64,000 bases of DNA from Bacteroidales bacterium (GCA_017516865.1 JAFXAU010000020.1:57711-121710), one strand, 5' to 3'; positions 40,200 through 49,130 are shown, numbered from the stretch's first letter. Numbers and translations: made by a program. The notes: generated by a model from the letters alone, not told the origin.

Positions 40200-43100
40200 A
40201 TGAATAACAAATCAACTATGTCACATATTTCTTATTTACCCAAATTTGCCCAAAGAGTAGTTTCCTTACTCATTGCGTATGTATTAGTTTGCAGCAGTTC
40301 ATTTGCTGCCGAGCGAAGTTTTGAAACCTGCCGCCAAATTGCACGCGAGGCAATTGGCACCACAACGGTAACCTTGCTTCCGCAGGGCGATGTAAGTTCC
40401 TTGTTCTACGTATTTGTGGGCAGTGACGGCGGTTATGCCATTGTTTCGTCCGACGACAGAACGCCAGCGTTGCTGGGGTATGATAAAAAAGGAACATTAC
40501 AATCTACGGACGACTTGCCAGCACCTGTTTTGTCTTTGTTGGCGAACTATTCCAAAAGAGTGGAAAACTTGGCAGAAGGCGAGAAAATTAAAACTTTGGA
40601 CGATGCTAAGTCTTCTTCAATGCTGAAAGCGTCAAGAATTACTGGCTATTCAATTGGTCCATTGTTGGGTGATATAGAATGGAATCAGAGTGCTCCATAC
40701 AATAACGCATGTCCTGTTGCTTCTAATGGGCAACATTGTGTTACGGGTTGCGTTGCAACAGCTATTGCACAAGTGATGAAGTACTATAATTATCCTTCTG
40801 CTACGATAGAGGAAATACCTTCTTACACAACAGGCAGTCTTAAAATTTTGGTTGATGGATTTGAAAAAGGGACAGAAATAAATTGGCAGGATATTCGTAC
40901 TTCTTATAAGAAAAATTCGTATACAGCGACTGAAGCCGATGCTGTTGCACATTTATTTGCTATGCTTGGAGCAGCATTAAAAATGGACTACAGTCCTTCT
41001 GGGTCCGGGAGTCTTTTATCCTTTGTTACAACAGACATTCCTAAATATTTTGGCTACGATCCCGATATAAAAGAAGCTTTTCAATACGAATATTCGTTAG
41101 AAGAATGGAACGAACTATTGCTGAATGAACTTTTGGAAGAAAGACCTATATTATTTAGTGCACAACCTTCATATGGAGGAGGGGGAAGCCATGCATTTAT
41201 ATGCGACGGAATTGACGAAAGTGGAATGTTTCATATAAATCCTGGCTGGGGAAGCGGTAGTAGCGGTTATTTTGATATTACACTAATGTTAGATTTTGGG
41301 ATTAGTGGAGGCTATGAAAAGATTACCGCGTATATAGGCTTTCAGCCTGATGATGGAATAGATAATAGACCGACCAACACTATTACATACGTGGATTGGG
41401 ATGGAACCGAACTTGCTTCCGAGCAAGTGAAAATTGGCTCAAGTGCAGTTGGTGCAAGTGATATACCTCTGCGCGAAGGTTATATGTTCAAAGGATGGCG
41501 ACCTTTGCGAAAATCAACACCTTTAGGATATAATTTATATACATATATAGGAGACGCACAAATTTTTTCTTACGATGGCATTGGCACCATTGGATGGAAA
41601 TGGAGAAATAGTGGGGAATTTGAAAATGGTTTGTATCAATTGGAAGGTGGAGCTAATAATACGGGGTATTCTGAAGGTTTAAAATTTCGAGAGGTTAAAG
41701 ATTATGCGGGAATTGGTTGCTTTGTAGATGTTTTGGATTATGGTACTATTGATTTGAGTGGCTCGGAAGGATTTTCCTTTTATCATTATGGCAGTCCTAT
41801 TACGGTGGGTGTTGTAACAGAACGTATAACAGATAATAGTTACCATAGAATTCATGTTGATAGTCATGAATATTTTACGAAAGTTACCGTAAAATGGGAA
41901 GACTTGAAAGGTCCAGGTTGGGGTATGGGAGATGAGATTGATTTTATGGATGAAGAATTATACAAGGAAGTTATAAATATTCAGTGGGATGTTGATACCG
42001 AATCAGGAGAATTTTTTATAAGCGAAATTTATGTAGATGGAATAGATTTATTGGAAAAAGCAAAACCAGTGTCTTTGGACTCTGTTACATGTGATGTAAT
42101 TGTTATTGCCCAATATAGAAACAACAGCACACCACTTTATACTGTTTCGTACATAGATTGGGATGGTACACCGCTTGGTTCGGAACAAGTTTGGGAGAAT
42201 GAAGATGCCGTAAATGTCCCCAATCTGGAAAGAGATGGTTATAAATTTGTAGGATGGGACAAGCCATTGACGAATATTACAGAAGATGTAGTAGTTACTG
42301 CGCAATACAAAAAATACTTCACGGTGACTTATCTTGAACTTGACGGTACGTTAATACGTACAGAACAGGTTGCAGAAGGGGATTGTGTAAGAAATGCCCC
42401 TTATTACGAAGAGGAAACCGGAGGCTCTTGGGCTCTATTACTAGATTGTGCTTCAACTTTCCCTTTGACGAATAATGATTGCCTTGAAAAATATTATACT
42501 GATGCAACGGTTTGGAAAGATATAACACTTATTCATGTCCCTTATTATAGAGTTACTTATGTGGATTGGGATGGAACATTTATTAAGAGAGAAAATGTGG
42601 TAGAAGGAGGAACTGCCACAGGGGAAGTTCCTTCTTGGTATAAATTTTCTCGTTCTGGCTATTTATTCATAGGTTGGGACAAACCTTTAACAAATATTAC
42701 CGAATCAACCGTTTTCACGGCACAATATGGTTTACCCATTGTTGTAACATATTACAATTGGGACGGAACAAAACTTGGTATCAGAAAGGTTGGTGAAGGT
42801 GGCGATGCAACTAATTTGATGACTGTTCCTAAACGTAAAGGATACAGATTTGTAGGTTGGGACAAACCATTAACCAATGTTACCGAAGAAATTTCGGTAA
42901 CGGCACAATATGAGGTAAATACCACGTATCACACTGTAACCTTCATTGATCAGATTGGTCAAATACTTGCTACGGAGCAGGTCTTGGATGGTGAAGATGC
43001 AGAGGCAGATTTTCCAAAACGACAGGGATGTAGTTACTTCTATCAGGATGGGTTTATGAATATTACCTCCGATTTTGTGGTTCATGTTACGGTGACTGGC

Positions 43101-43805
43101 AATCATATCGTAACCTATTATGACTGGGACGGAACAAAACTTGATACTAAAAAGGTTGGATATGGTAACGATGCGACTAATTTAATTACTGCTCCTAAAC
43201 GTAAAGGATATAGATTTGTAGGTTGGGACAAACCATTAACCAATGTTACTGAAGATATTTCTGTTACAGCACAATACGAGATAAATAGTTCATATCACAC
43301 AGTAACCTATTTGGATTGGGACGGTATGGAACTTGGGACAGAACAAGTGGAAGATAGCTGGGACGCCGTTGGTTTATCTCCGAATCCACAACGTGATGGA
43401 TATACGTTTGTTGGTTGGGACAAATCGTTGACAAATATTACGTCGGATATGTCGGTTACAGCACAATACGAAGAAAAACCATTGATATTTTATACCGTTA
43501 CGTACATGGATTGGGACGGGAAAATACTTGGAACGGAGCAGGTTCCCGAAGGTGGCGATGCTGTTGGTTTAGCAGAAAATCCCAAACGTGCGAAATATTC
43601 GTTTATAGGCTGGTCAAAACCATTGACTAATATAACGTCAAAGACAACACTTATAGCCTTGTATCAACCAAGCACAAACATCCCATCGCTCGACAATGTT
43701 GAAGAACTTACAAAACCGCAGAAAGTATTCAAGGATGGAGAAATTTACATTCTTCTTCCTGACGGACGCAAAATCAACATAAACGGGGCTGAGATTCAAG
43801 AATAA
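40200..43805 (+). CDS. Large exported C10-family (streptopain/SpeB-like) cysteine peptidase fused to nine Listeria-Bacteroides-type repeats
   Basis: 1201 aa. Signal with possible lipobox (LVCSSS). C10 blocks NQSAPYNNACP, TGCVATAIAQVMKYYNYP (Cys184, nt 40749..40751), GGGGSHAFICDG (His331, nt 41190..41192) and HINPGWGSGSSGYF. From aa 394 there are nine ~58-aa units of Y.VTY.DWDG..LG.EQV..G.DA....P.R.GY.F.GWDKPLTNIT.D..VTAQY. Confidence 0.85.
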   Translation: MNNKSTMSHISYLPKFAQRVVSLLIAYVLVCSSSFAAERSFETCRQIAREAIGTTTVTLLPQGDVSSLFYVFVGSDGGYAIVSSDDRTPALLGYDKKGTLQSTDDLPAPVLSLLANYSKRVENLAEGEKIKTLDDAKSSSMLKASRITGYSIGPLLGDIEWNQSAPYNNACPVASNGQHCVTGCVATAIAQVMKYYNYPSATIEEIPSYTTGSLKILVDGFEKGTEINWQDIRTSYKKNSYTATEADAVAHLFAMLGAALKMDYSPSGSGSLLSFVTTDIPKYFGYDPDIKEAFQYEYSLEEWNELLLNELLEERPILFSAQPSYGGGGSHAFICDGIDESGMFHINPGWGSGSSGYFDITLMLDFGISGGYEKITAYIGFQPDDGIDNRPTNTITYVDWDGTELASEQVKIGSSAVGASDIPLREGYMFKGWRPLRKSTPLGYNLYTYIGDAQIFSYDGIGTIGWKWRNSGEFENGLYQLEGGANNTGYSEGLKFREVKDYAGIGCFVDVLDYGTIDLSGSEGFSFYHYGSPITVGVVTERITDNSYHRIHVDSHEYFTKVTVKWEDLKGPGWGMGDEIDFMDEELYKEVINIQWDVDTESGEFFISEIYVDGIDLLEKAKPVSLDSVTCDVIVIAQYRNNSTPLYTVSYIDWDGTPLGSEQVWENEDAVNVPNLERDGYKFVGWDKPLTNITEDVVVTAQYKKYFTVTYLELDGTLIRTEQVAEGDCVRNAPYYEEETGGSWALLLDCASTFPLTNNDCLEKYYTDATVWKDITLIHVPYYRVTYVDWDGTFIKRENVVEGGTATGEVPSWYKFSRSGYLFIGWDKPLTNITESTVFTAQYGLPIVVTYYNWDGTKLGIRKVGEGGDATNLMTVPKRKGYRFVGWDKPLTNVTEEISVTAQYEVNTTYHTVTFIDQIGQILATEQVLDGEDAEADFPKRQGCSYFYQDGFMNITSDFVVHVTVTGNHIVTYYDWDGTKLDTKKVGYGNDATNLITAPKRKGYRFVGWDKPLTNVTEDISVTAQYEINSSYHTVTYLDWDGMELGTEQVEDSWDAVGLSPNPQRDGYTFVGWDKSLTNITSDMSVTAQYEEKPLIFYTVTYMDWDGKILGTEQVPEGGDAVGLAENPKRAKYSFIGWSKPLTNITSKTTLIALYQPSTNIPSLDNVEELTKPQKVFKDGEIYILLPDGRKININGAEIQE
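42744..42942 (+). repeat. Intragenic direct repeat, copy A (199 nt)
   Basis: Hand alignment to 43110..43308 gives about 30 mismatches in 199 nt (about 85% identity) and no indels. Includes a 38-nt identical core at 42846..42883. Confidence 0.85.
43110..43308 (+). repeat. Intragenic direct repeat, copy B (199 nt)
   Basis: Partner of 42744..42942, offset by 366 nt (122 codons). The identical 38-nt core is at 43212..43249. Confidence 0.85.
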
Positions 43806-43877
43806 TTTATAGGGCTGTCACATTGTGGCAGCCCTACATTTTTATAAACGAATTCTCGAACGTAATTAATGAATACA

Positions 43878-43905
43878 GTAGGGACGCGGCGTGCCACGTC
43901 CCTAC
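43878..43905. repeat. Imperfect palindrome GTAGGGACGCGGC-GT-GCCACGTCCCTAC, related to the one at 40040
   Basis: Read directly. The arms share GTAG(A/G)GACG...CGTC(T/C)CTAC with 40040..40067. It lies 72 nt after the C10 gene stop and 17 nt beyond the purN stop. Confidence 0.85.
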
Positions 43906-43922
43906 AATAAAAAAATATCTGG

Positions 43923-44480
43923 TTATTTACATATATATTGTTCCACAACCTGTGGAAAATACTTGTATTCCAATTCGTGAACGCGTGCGGCCAGCATGTC
44001 GGGCGTATCGGTCGGAAGAACGGGGCATTTTGCCTGAAACAGCGGTTCGCCTTTGTCGTATTCTTCATTCACCAGATGAATCGTTATTCCGCTTTCTTTT
44101 TCTTTGGCGGCAATAACAGCCTCGTGTACACGAGAGCCGTACATTCCTTTCCCTCCATATTTGGGCAACAACGACGGGTGAATGTTTATAATTTTATTAT
44201 TGTATTCCTTTATAATAGTAGTCGGCAACAACAACAAAAATCCCGCAAGAATTATGTATTCCACGCCTTCGGCACGCAATTGGTCGCACACTACGCTGTC
44301 CCAATCTTCTTTCGAGAACACCGTACACGGCACTGCCAGACGTTTTGCACGGTCAATAACACCGGCTTTAGGGTTGTTACAATAAATTCTTACTATCTGT
44401 ATCTCGGAATTGGCGAAATTTTTCACCAAATTTTCTGCGTTAGTCCCTGAACCTGAGGCAAAAATTGCAATTTTCGACAT
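43923..44480 (-). CDS. purN: Phosphoribosylglycinamide formyltransferase
   Basis: MSKIAIFASGSGTNAENL and NIHPSLLPKYGGKGMYG blocks. ATG 44480 is preferred; the ORF-track start at 44561 adds 27 non-conserved residues. Confidence 0.9.
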   Translation of the reverse strand: MSKIAIFASGSGTNAENLVKNFANSEIQIVRIYCNNPKAGVIDRAKRLAVPCTVFSKEDWDSVVCDQLRAEGVEYIILAGFLLLLPTTIIKEYNNKIINIHPSLLPKYGGKGMYGSRVHEAVIAAKEKESGITIHLVNEEYDKGEPLFQAKCPVLPTDTPDMLAARVHELEYKYFPQVVEQYICK

Positions 44481-44653
44481 AAAAACTGTTAATAAAACCT
44501 TAATAACTTTTACGCCGCAAAAATATAAATATTTGAGTTTCAACGCAAAAAGTTTCGTCAATATAAAAGATTATTGCATTTTTCTTTTTTGTATAAAAAA
44601 AAAGGTCTTTATTTGCAGGCGAAAACGGAATTAATAACTAAACTTTTAAGACT

Positions 44654-44890
44654 ATGTCAGAAATTGAATCAAAAGTAAAGGCTATTATCGTAGACAAATT
44701 AGGTGTCGACGCAGCTGAAGTAACAAACGAGGCTAATTTCACTAACGATTTAGGAGCTGATTCTTTGGATACTGTAGAATTAATTATGGAATTCGAAAAA
44801 GAATTCGGCATTTCTATTCCAGACGAACAAGCTGATACTATTTCTACTGTAGGTGATGCAATTGCCTTCATCGAAAAAAATCAGAAATAA
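44654..44890 (+). CDS. acpP: Acyl carrier protein
   Basis: 78 aa. [16 protein letters not shown] phosphopantetheine-attachment motif. Confidence 0.97.
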   Translation: MSEIESKVKAIIVDKLGVDAAEVTNEANFTNDLGADSLDTVELIMEFEKEFGISIPDEQADTISTVGDAIAFIEKNQK

Positions 44891-44911
44891 TTAACGAAAA
44901 TTTCATTGTCT

Positions 44912-46168
44912 ATGGAATTAAAGCGAGTTGTCGTTACTGGTATCGGTGGTTTTACCCCTATTGGTAATTCCTTAGAAGAAATTTTCCACAATTTAACAGC
45001 TGGAACGAGTGGTAGCGGACCTATCACTCGTTTCAATGCTGAAATGTGCAAAACTCGTTTTGCATGCGAGGTCAAGGATTTCGACCCTTCTTTATATTTA
45101 GATAAAAAAGAAATCCGCAAGATGGATTTATACGAACAGTATGCCATTGCCGCATCTGTGGAATGTATAAAAGATTCATTCATTGATATTGAAAACATCA
45201 ACAAAGACAAATTCGGCGTCATTTGGGGTACGGGAATCGGTGGAATTGGTTCATACGAGCCCGAAATTCGTGAATACTACGAAGCAGGCGGCGGCGCTCC
45301 TCATTTCAGTCCCTACACAATTCCGAAACTTTTGCCAAATATGTCGGCCGGACTTATTTCCATACGTTTCGGGTTACGAGGAATCAGCTATGTCGTTTCT
45401 TCGGCATGCTCGTCTTCGTCACATGCAATAATCGACGCTGTTAACTATATTCGTCTCGGCAAAGCCGAAATGATGATTTCCGGAGGTTCCGAAGCTCCAA
45501 TAAACCTAAGTGGAATTGGCGGTTTCAATGCAATGAAGGCACTTTCGGAAAACAACGAAGAAATGTACACGGCATCAAGACCGTTCGACAGTTCACGAGA
45601 CGGATTTGTAATAGCCGAAGGCGGTGTGGCTCTTCTTCTTGAAGAAAAAGAACATGCAATCCAACGCGGTGCAAAAATCTATGCAGAAATTGCAGGTTGC
45701 GGTCTCAGTTCCGACGCATATCACTTTACTGCTCCTCATCCAGAAGGAATCGGCACGATTAACGTCATGAAATATGCTTTGGAAGATGCTGGTATCAAAC
45801 CGTCGGACATTGATTATATCAACGTTCACGGAACGTCAACCCCGATGGGCGATGTGGTTGAACTGACTTCTATACAAAAATTGTTCGGCGAAGCTGCATA
45901 TAAAGTAAACATGAGTTCTACAAAATCGATGACGGGACACATGTTGGGAGCTGCCGGAGCTGTAGAGGCCTTGGCTTCGATATTCGCCATTCAAACAGGT
46001 ACAATTCCTCCAACAATCAATTTCAAGGAATTAGACCCGAATATTGATCCGAAACTAAATCTTACTGTTAACAAAGCACAGCACAGAGATGTAACATACG
46101 TCATGAGCAACAACTTTGGCTTCGGAGGTCACAACAGCACGTTAATTTTCAAGAAATTTAGTGAATAA
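44912..46168 (+). CDS. fabF: 3-oxoacyl-ACP synthase II
   Basis: MELKRVVVTGIG, SSACSSSSHAI (active Cys), HGTSTPMGD and GFGGHNSTLIF. Confidence 0.95.
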   Translation: MELKRVVVTGIGGFTPIGNSLEEIFHNLTAGTSGSGPITRFNAEMCKTRFACEVKDFDPSLYLDKKEIRKMDLYEQYAIAASVECIKDSFIDIENINKDKFGVIWGTGIGGIGSYEPEIREYYEAGGGAPHFSPYTIPKLLPNMSAGLISIRFGLRGISYVVSSACSSSSHAIIDAVNYIRLGKAEMMISGGSEAPINLSGIGGFNAMKALSENNEEMYTASRPFDSSRDGFVIAEGGVALLLEEKEHAIQRGAKIYAEIAGCGLSSDAYHFTAPHPEGIGTINVMKYALEDAGIKPSDIDYINVHGTSTPMGDVVELTSIQKLFGEAAYKVNMSSTKSMTGHMLGAAGAVEALASIFAIQTGTIPPTINFKELDPNIDPKLNLTVNKAQHRDVTYVMSNNFGFGGHNSTLIFKKFSE

Positions 46169-46895
46169 GTTGCTCTTTACCATAAAGACATTCTTTATTG
46201 CCAAAGAAGACAAGGATTTTTTCCTATATCTTTATAAAACAATAGGATTTTGTCCTAAAAATCTATCAATATATAAAACGTGCTTCGTTCATCGTTCCGC
46301 GTCGCCGCATACGAAAAGAAACGGTTGCAACGAACGATTGGAATTTTTAGGTGACTCCATTCTTGGCAGCATCACGGCAGACTATCTCTACACCCAATTT
46401 CCCGATGAGAAAGAGGGCTTGCTGACCAAACGGAGAGCACTCATCGTCAACAGAAAAAATCTTAACCAGATAGGGAATAACCTCCGTCTTCAAAAATACC
46501 TTGCGGCAAGAATTCCCCATCTTAAACAAAACGATGCGATAGGAAATTGCTTGGAAGCGCTCATCGGCGCTATATATAAAGATTTAGGTTACAAAAAAAC
46601 AAGAATTTTTGTCGTTGACAAAATCATAAAACCATTTGCCGACTTTTCAACTTTACCTTCGGAAGACACGAACTACAAAAGTTTGATAATTCAGCGTTGC
46701 CAACAGGAAAAGAAACGTTGGTATTTCAGTACGGAGCTAATCTCGCCAGATGGAAAAATACCTTCATTTAGAGCTGAATTCTTTGTCGATGATGAAAAAA
46801 TTGCCGAGGCAACAGGCAAATCAAAGAAGGAGGCAGAACAATTTGCCTCGAAGATAGCCCTTAAGTCGGTGGAAGACATTGAAGTATATCGATAA
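46161..46895 (+). CDS. rnc: Ribonuclease III
   Basis: 244 aa, GTG start overlapping the fabF end by 8 nt. NERLEFLGDSILG signature and a C-terminal dsRBD (GKSKKEAEQFAS). Confidence 0.9.
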   Translation: MNKLLFTIKTFFIAKEDKDFFLYLYKTIGFCPKNLSIYKTCFVHRSASPHTKRNGCNERLEFLGDSILGSITADYLYTQFPDEKEGLLTKRRALIVNRKNLNQIGNNLRLQKYLAARIPHLKQNDAIGNCLEALIGAIYKDLGYKKTRIFVVDKIIKPFADFSTLPSEDTNYKSLIIQRCQQEKKRWYFSTELISPDGKIPSFRAEFFVDDEKIAEATGKSKKEAEQFASKIALKSVEDIEVYR

Positions 46896-46947
46896 AAATA
46901 TACGGTGAAAATATCGTGTTCTTCTTCTCGTATATAAAAAAAATATG

Positions 46948-46955
46948 TATCTTTG
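46948..46955 (+). promoter_or_regulatory. Bacteroidetes-type -7 box TAnnTTTG (TATCTTTG)
   Basis: Exact consensus match, 48 nt upstream of ATG 47004. Confidence 0.4.
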
Positions 46956-47003
46956 TGAATGTCAATAAAACTTTAAAGATATAATTTTAAATAAATTTTA
47001 ATT

Positions 47004-47942
47004 ATGAAAGTAACTGTAGTTGGAGCAGGAAATGTTGGTGCTACATGCGCAAATGTTCTTGCATTTAAAGAAATCGCAGACGAAGTGGTAATGCTTGACA
47101 TCAAGGAAGGCGTTTCGGAAGGTAAAGCAATGGATATGATGCAGACTGTCCAACTTTTGGGCATAGACACTCGCATCATCGGTTGTACGAACGACTATTC
47201 GAAAACTGCAAATTCCGATGTGGTTGTCATCACTTCTGGTATTCCTCGTAAACCTGGAATGACACGTGAAGAGCTTCTTGGCGTAAATGCCGGCATTGTA
47301 AAAGGTGTTGCAGAAAATATTTTGAAATATTCTCCAAACACAATCATCGTTTGTATTTCTAACCCAATGGACACAATGACATACCTTACTTTGAAAGCTC
47401 TTGGCTTGCCAAAGAACAGAGTAATCGGTATGGGTGGGGCTCTTGACAGTTCACGTTTCAAATATTTCTTGGCACAGGCAATCGGTTGCAACGCTGGTGA
47501 GGTTGAAGGATTCGTAATCGGTGGTCACGGCGACACAACTATGATTCCTATGGCTCGTTTCGCTACATATAAAGGCATGCCAGTTTCAAACTTCCTTTCT
47601 GCAGAAAAAATCGAAGAAGTTGTGAAATCTACAATGGTCGGCGGTGCTACATTGACTGGTTTGCTTGGAACATCGGCTTGGTACGCTCCAGGTGCGGCAG
47701 GCGCATACGTTGTTGAAGCAATCCTTCACGACCAAAAGAAAATGATTCCTTGTTCAGTTCTTCTTGAAGGCGAATATGGAGAATCTGACCTCTGCATTGG
47801 TGTTCCTGTAATTCTTGGCAAGAACGGTATCGAAAAAATCGTTGAACTTGACCTTAATGCGGAAGAAAAAGAAAAATTCGCTGCAAGTGCAAAATCAGTA
47901 AAAGGCAACGTTGCTGCACTTAAAGATTTGAAGCTTGTTTAA
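47004..47942 (+). CDS. mdh: Malate dehydrogenase (LDH-like type)
   Basis: 312 aa. MKVTVVGAGNVGATCA, GIPRKPGMTREEL and GGHGDTM-like GGHGDTTMIP. Confidence 0.93.
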   Translation: MKVTVVGAGNVGATCANVLAFKEIADEVVMLDIKEGVSEGKAMDMMQTVQLLGIDTRIIGCTNDYSKTANSDVVVITSGIPRKPGMTREELLGVNAGIVKGVAENILKYSPNTIIVCISNPMDTMTYLTLKALGLPKNRVIGMGGALDSSRFKYFLAQAIGCNAGEVEGFVIGGHGDTTMIPMARFATYKGMPVSNFLSAEKIEEVVKSTMVGGATLTGLLGTSAWYAPGAAGAYVVEAILHDQKKMIPCSVLLEGEYGESDLCIGVPVILGKNGIEKIVELDLNAEEKEKFAASAKSVKGNVAALKDLKLV

Positions 47943-47960
47943 TAGAGATTTAAATTTTAC

Positions 47961-47993
47961 AAAAAAAGGCTATCCGTTTGGGTAGCCTTTTTT
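47961..47993. terminator. Bidirectional rho-independent terminator between convergent mdh and prfB
   Basis: AAAAAAA-GGCTATCC-gttt-GGGTAGCC-TTTTTT. An A run and a T run flank an 8-bp stem that has one G-U pair. Confidence 0.8.
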
Positions 47994-48032
47994 ATTGCAA
48001 AGAACAATTTGTTCCCCTCTAATAATGGATTG

Positions 48033-49128
48033 TTATTTTTTTTGATTCGACGCCCACATCAGATATTCTTTGATAAAGGCGTTGATGTCGCCGTCGAGGA
48101 CAGCCTGCGTATTGGACGTTTCGTAGCCTGTACGCACGTCTTTCACCAATTTATATGGGTGCAGCACGTAGTTGCGAATCTGCGAGCCCCATTCAATTTT
48201 GAGCTTTTCGCCATTGCGGGCGGCTTGTTCCTCTTCGCGTTTCCGCAATTCCATTTGGTACAACTGCGATTTCAGCAATGCGAGAGCTTTTTCCCTGTTC
48301 TGTAATTGCGAACGGGTTTCCATATTCTCAATTACAATGCCTGTTGGTTTGTGACGTAAACGAACGGCAGTTTCCACTTTGTTTACGTTTTGTCCGCCCG
48401 CACCGCTTGAGCGGTATGTGTCCCATTCCAAATCGGCTGGATTTATCACAATTTCTATTGTGTCGTCAATCATCGGAACCACATCGACCGAGGCAAACGA
48501 CGTGTGACGGCGCGCCCCAGCGTCGAACGGAGAAATCCGCACCAAACGGTGAACGCCAGCTTCGCCTTTCAAATATCCATACGCATAATCGCCTTCAAAT
48601 TCAATCGTAGCCGAACTAATTCCAGCAATGTCGCCATCTTGAATGTCGATGGTATTCACCTTGTAGCCGTTTTCCTCGCCCCAGCGCATATACATACGGA
48701 GCAACATCGAAGCCCAATCGTGGCTTTCTGTTCCTCCTGCACCCGGATTGATTTTTAGAATTGCGCCAAACTGGTCTTCCTCCTTTTGGAGCATATTTTT
48801 AAACTCCAGAGCCTCAACCAATTTTAAAAGTTCATTATATTGATTATCAATATCTTCAGCAGACGCTTCGCCTTCTTTGAAAAAATCACAAAGTACCTGT
48901 AAATCTTCTGAAGCCTTTTCGACTTCGGCGTAGGCTTCGGTCCATTTTTTTATAGAATTGACTTTCCGCATTTGCTGTTCAGCTGCCTTGGGATCGTCCC
49001 AAAATGCGGGGTCGTGGGTTTTCTGTTCTTCTTCTTCAAGACGAATCAAACGATTGTCTATGTCAAAGATGCCTCCTTAACGTCTGCTGACGATTCACTA
49101 AATCTTTAATTTGTTCTGTAGTGACCAT
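48033..49128 (-). CDS. prfB: Peptide chain release factor 2, requiring a programmed +1 frameshift (49128..49066 joined to 49064..48033)
   Basis: Frame 0 from ATG 49128 reads [21 protein letters not shown] then TGA. The +1 frame continues [24 protein letters not shown]... into the 338-aa ORF, which carries SPF (ISPFD) and GGQ ([10 protein letters not shown]) motifs. Confidence 0.93.
49063..49077 (-). other. RF2 recoding site: AGG AGG CAT CTT TGA (internal SD-like element, then slippery CTT and in-frame TGA followed by C)
   Basis: Read directly on the minus strand: AGGAGG 49077..49072, CTT 49068..49066, TGA 49065..49063. Confidence 0.9.
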
Positions 49129-49130
49129 GC

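Noticed and set aside
43796-44450. ORFs of 90, 97 and 170 aa around the purN 3' end and opposite purN.
   Set aside because: The first two read through the palindromic hairpin (..RDVARRVPT.., ..RDAACHVPT..), which looks like an artefact of translating the repeat element. The third is antisense to purN.
44595-44603. An A9 run upstream of acpP, and other A/T runs of 8-9 nt (for example in xth near 9503..9510).
   Set aside because: A/T homopolymers of this length are expected in a roughly 40% G+C genome. These are intergenic or in-frame, with no evidence of disruption, unlike the coaBC A10 run.
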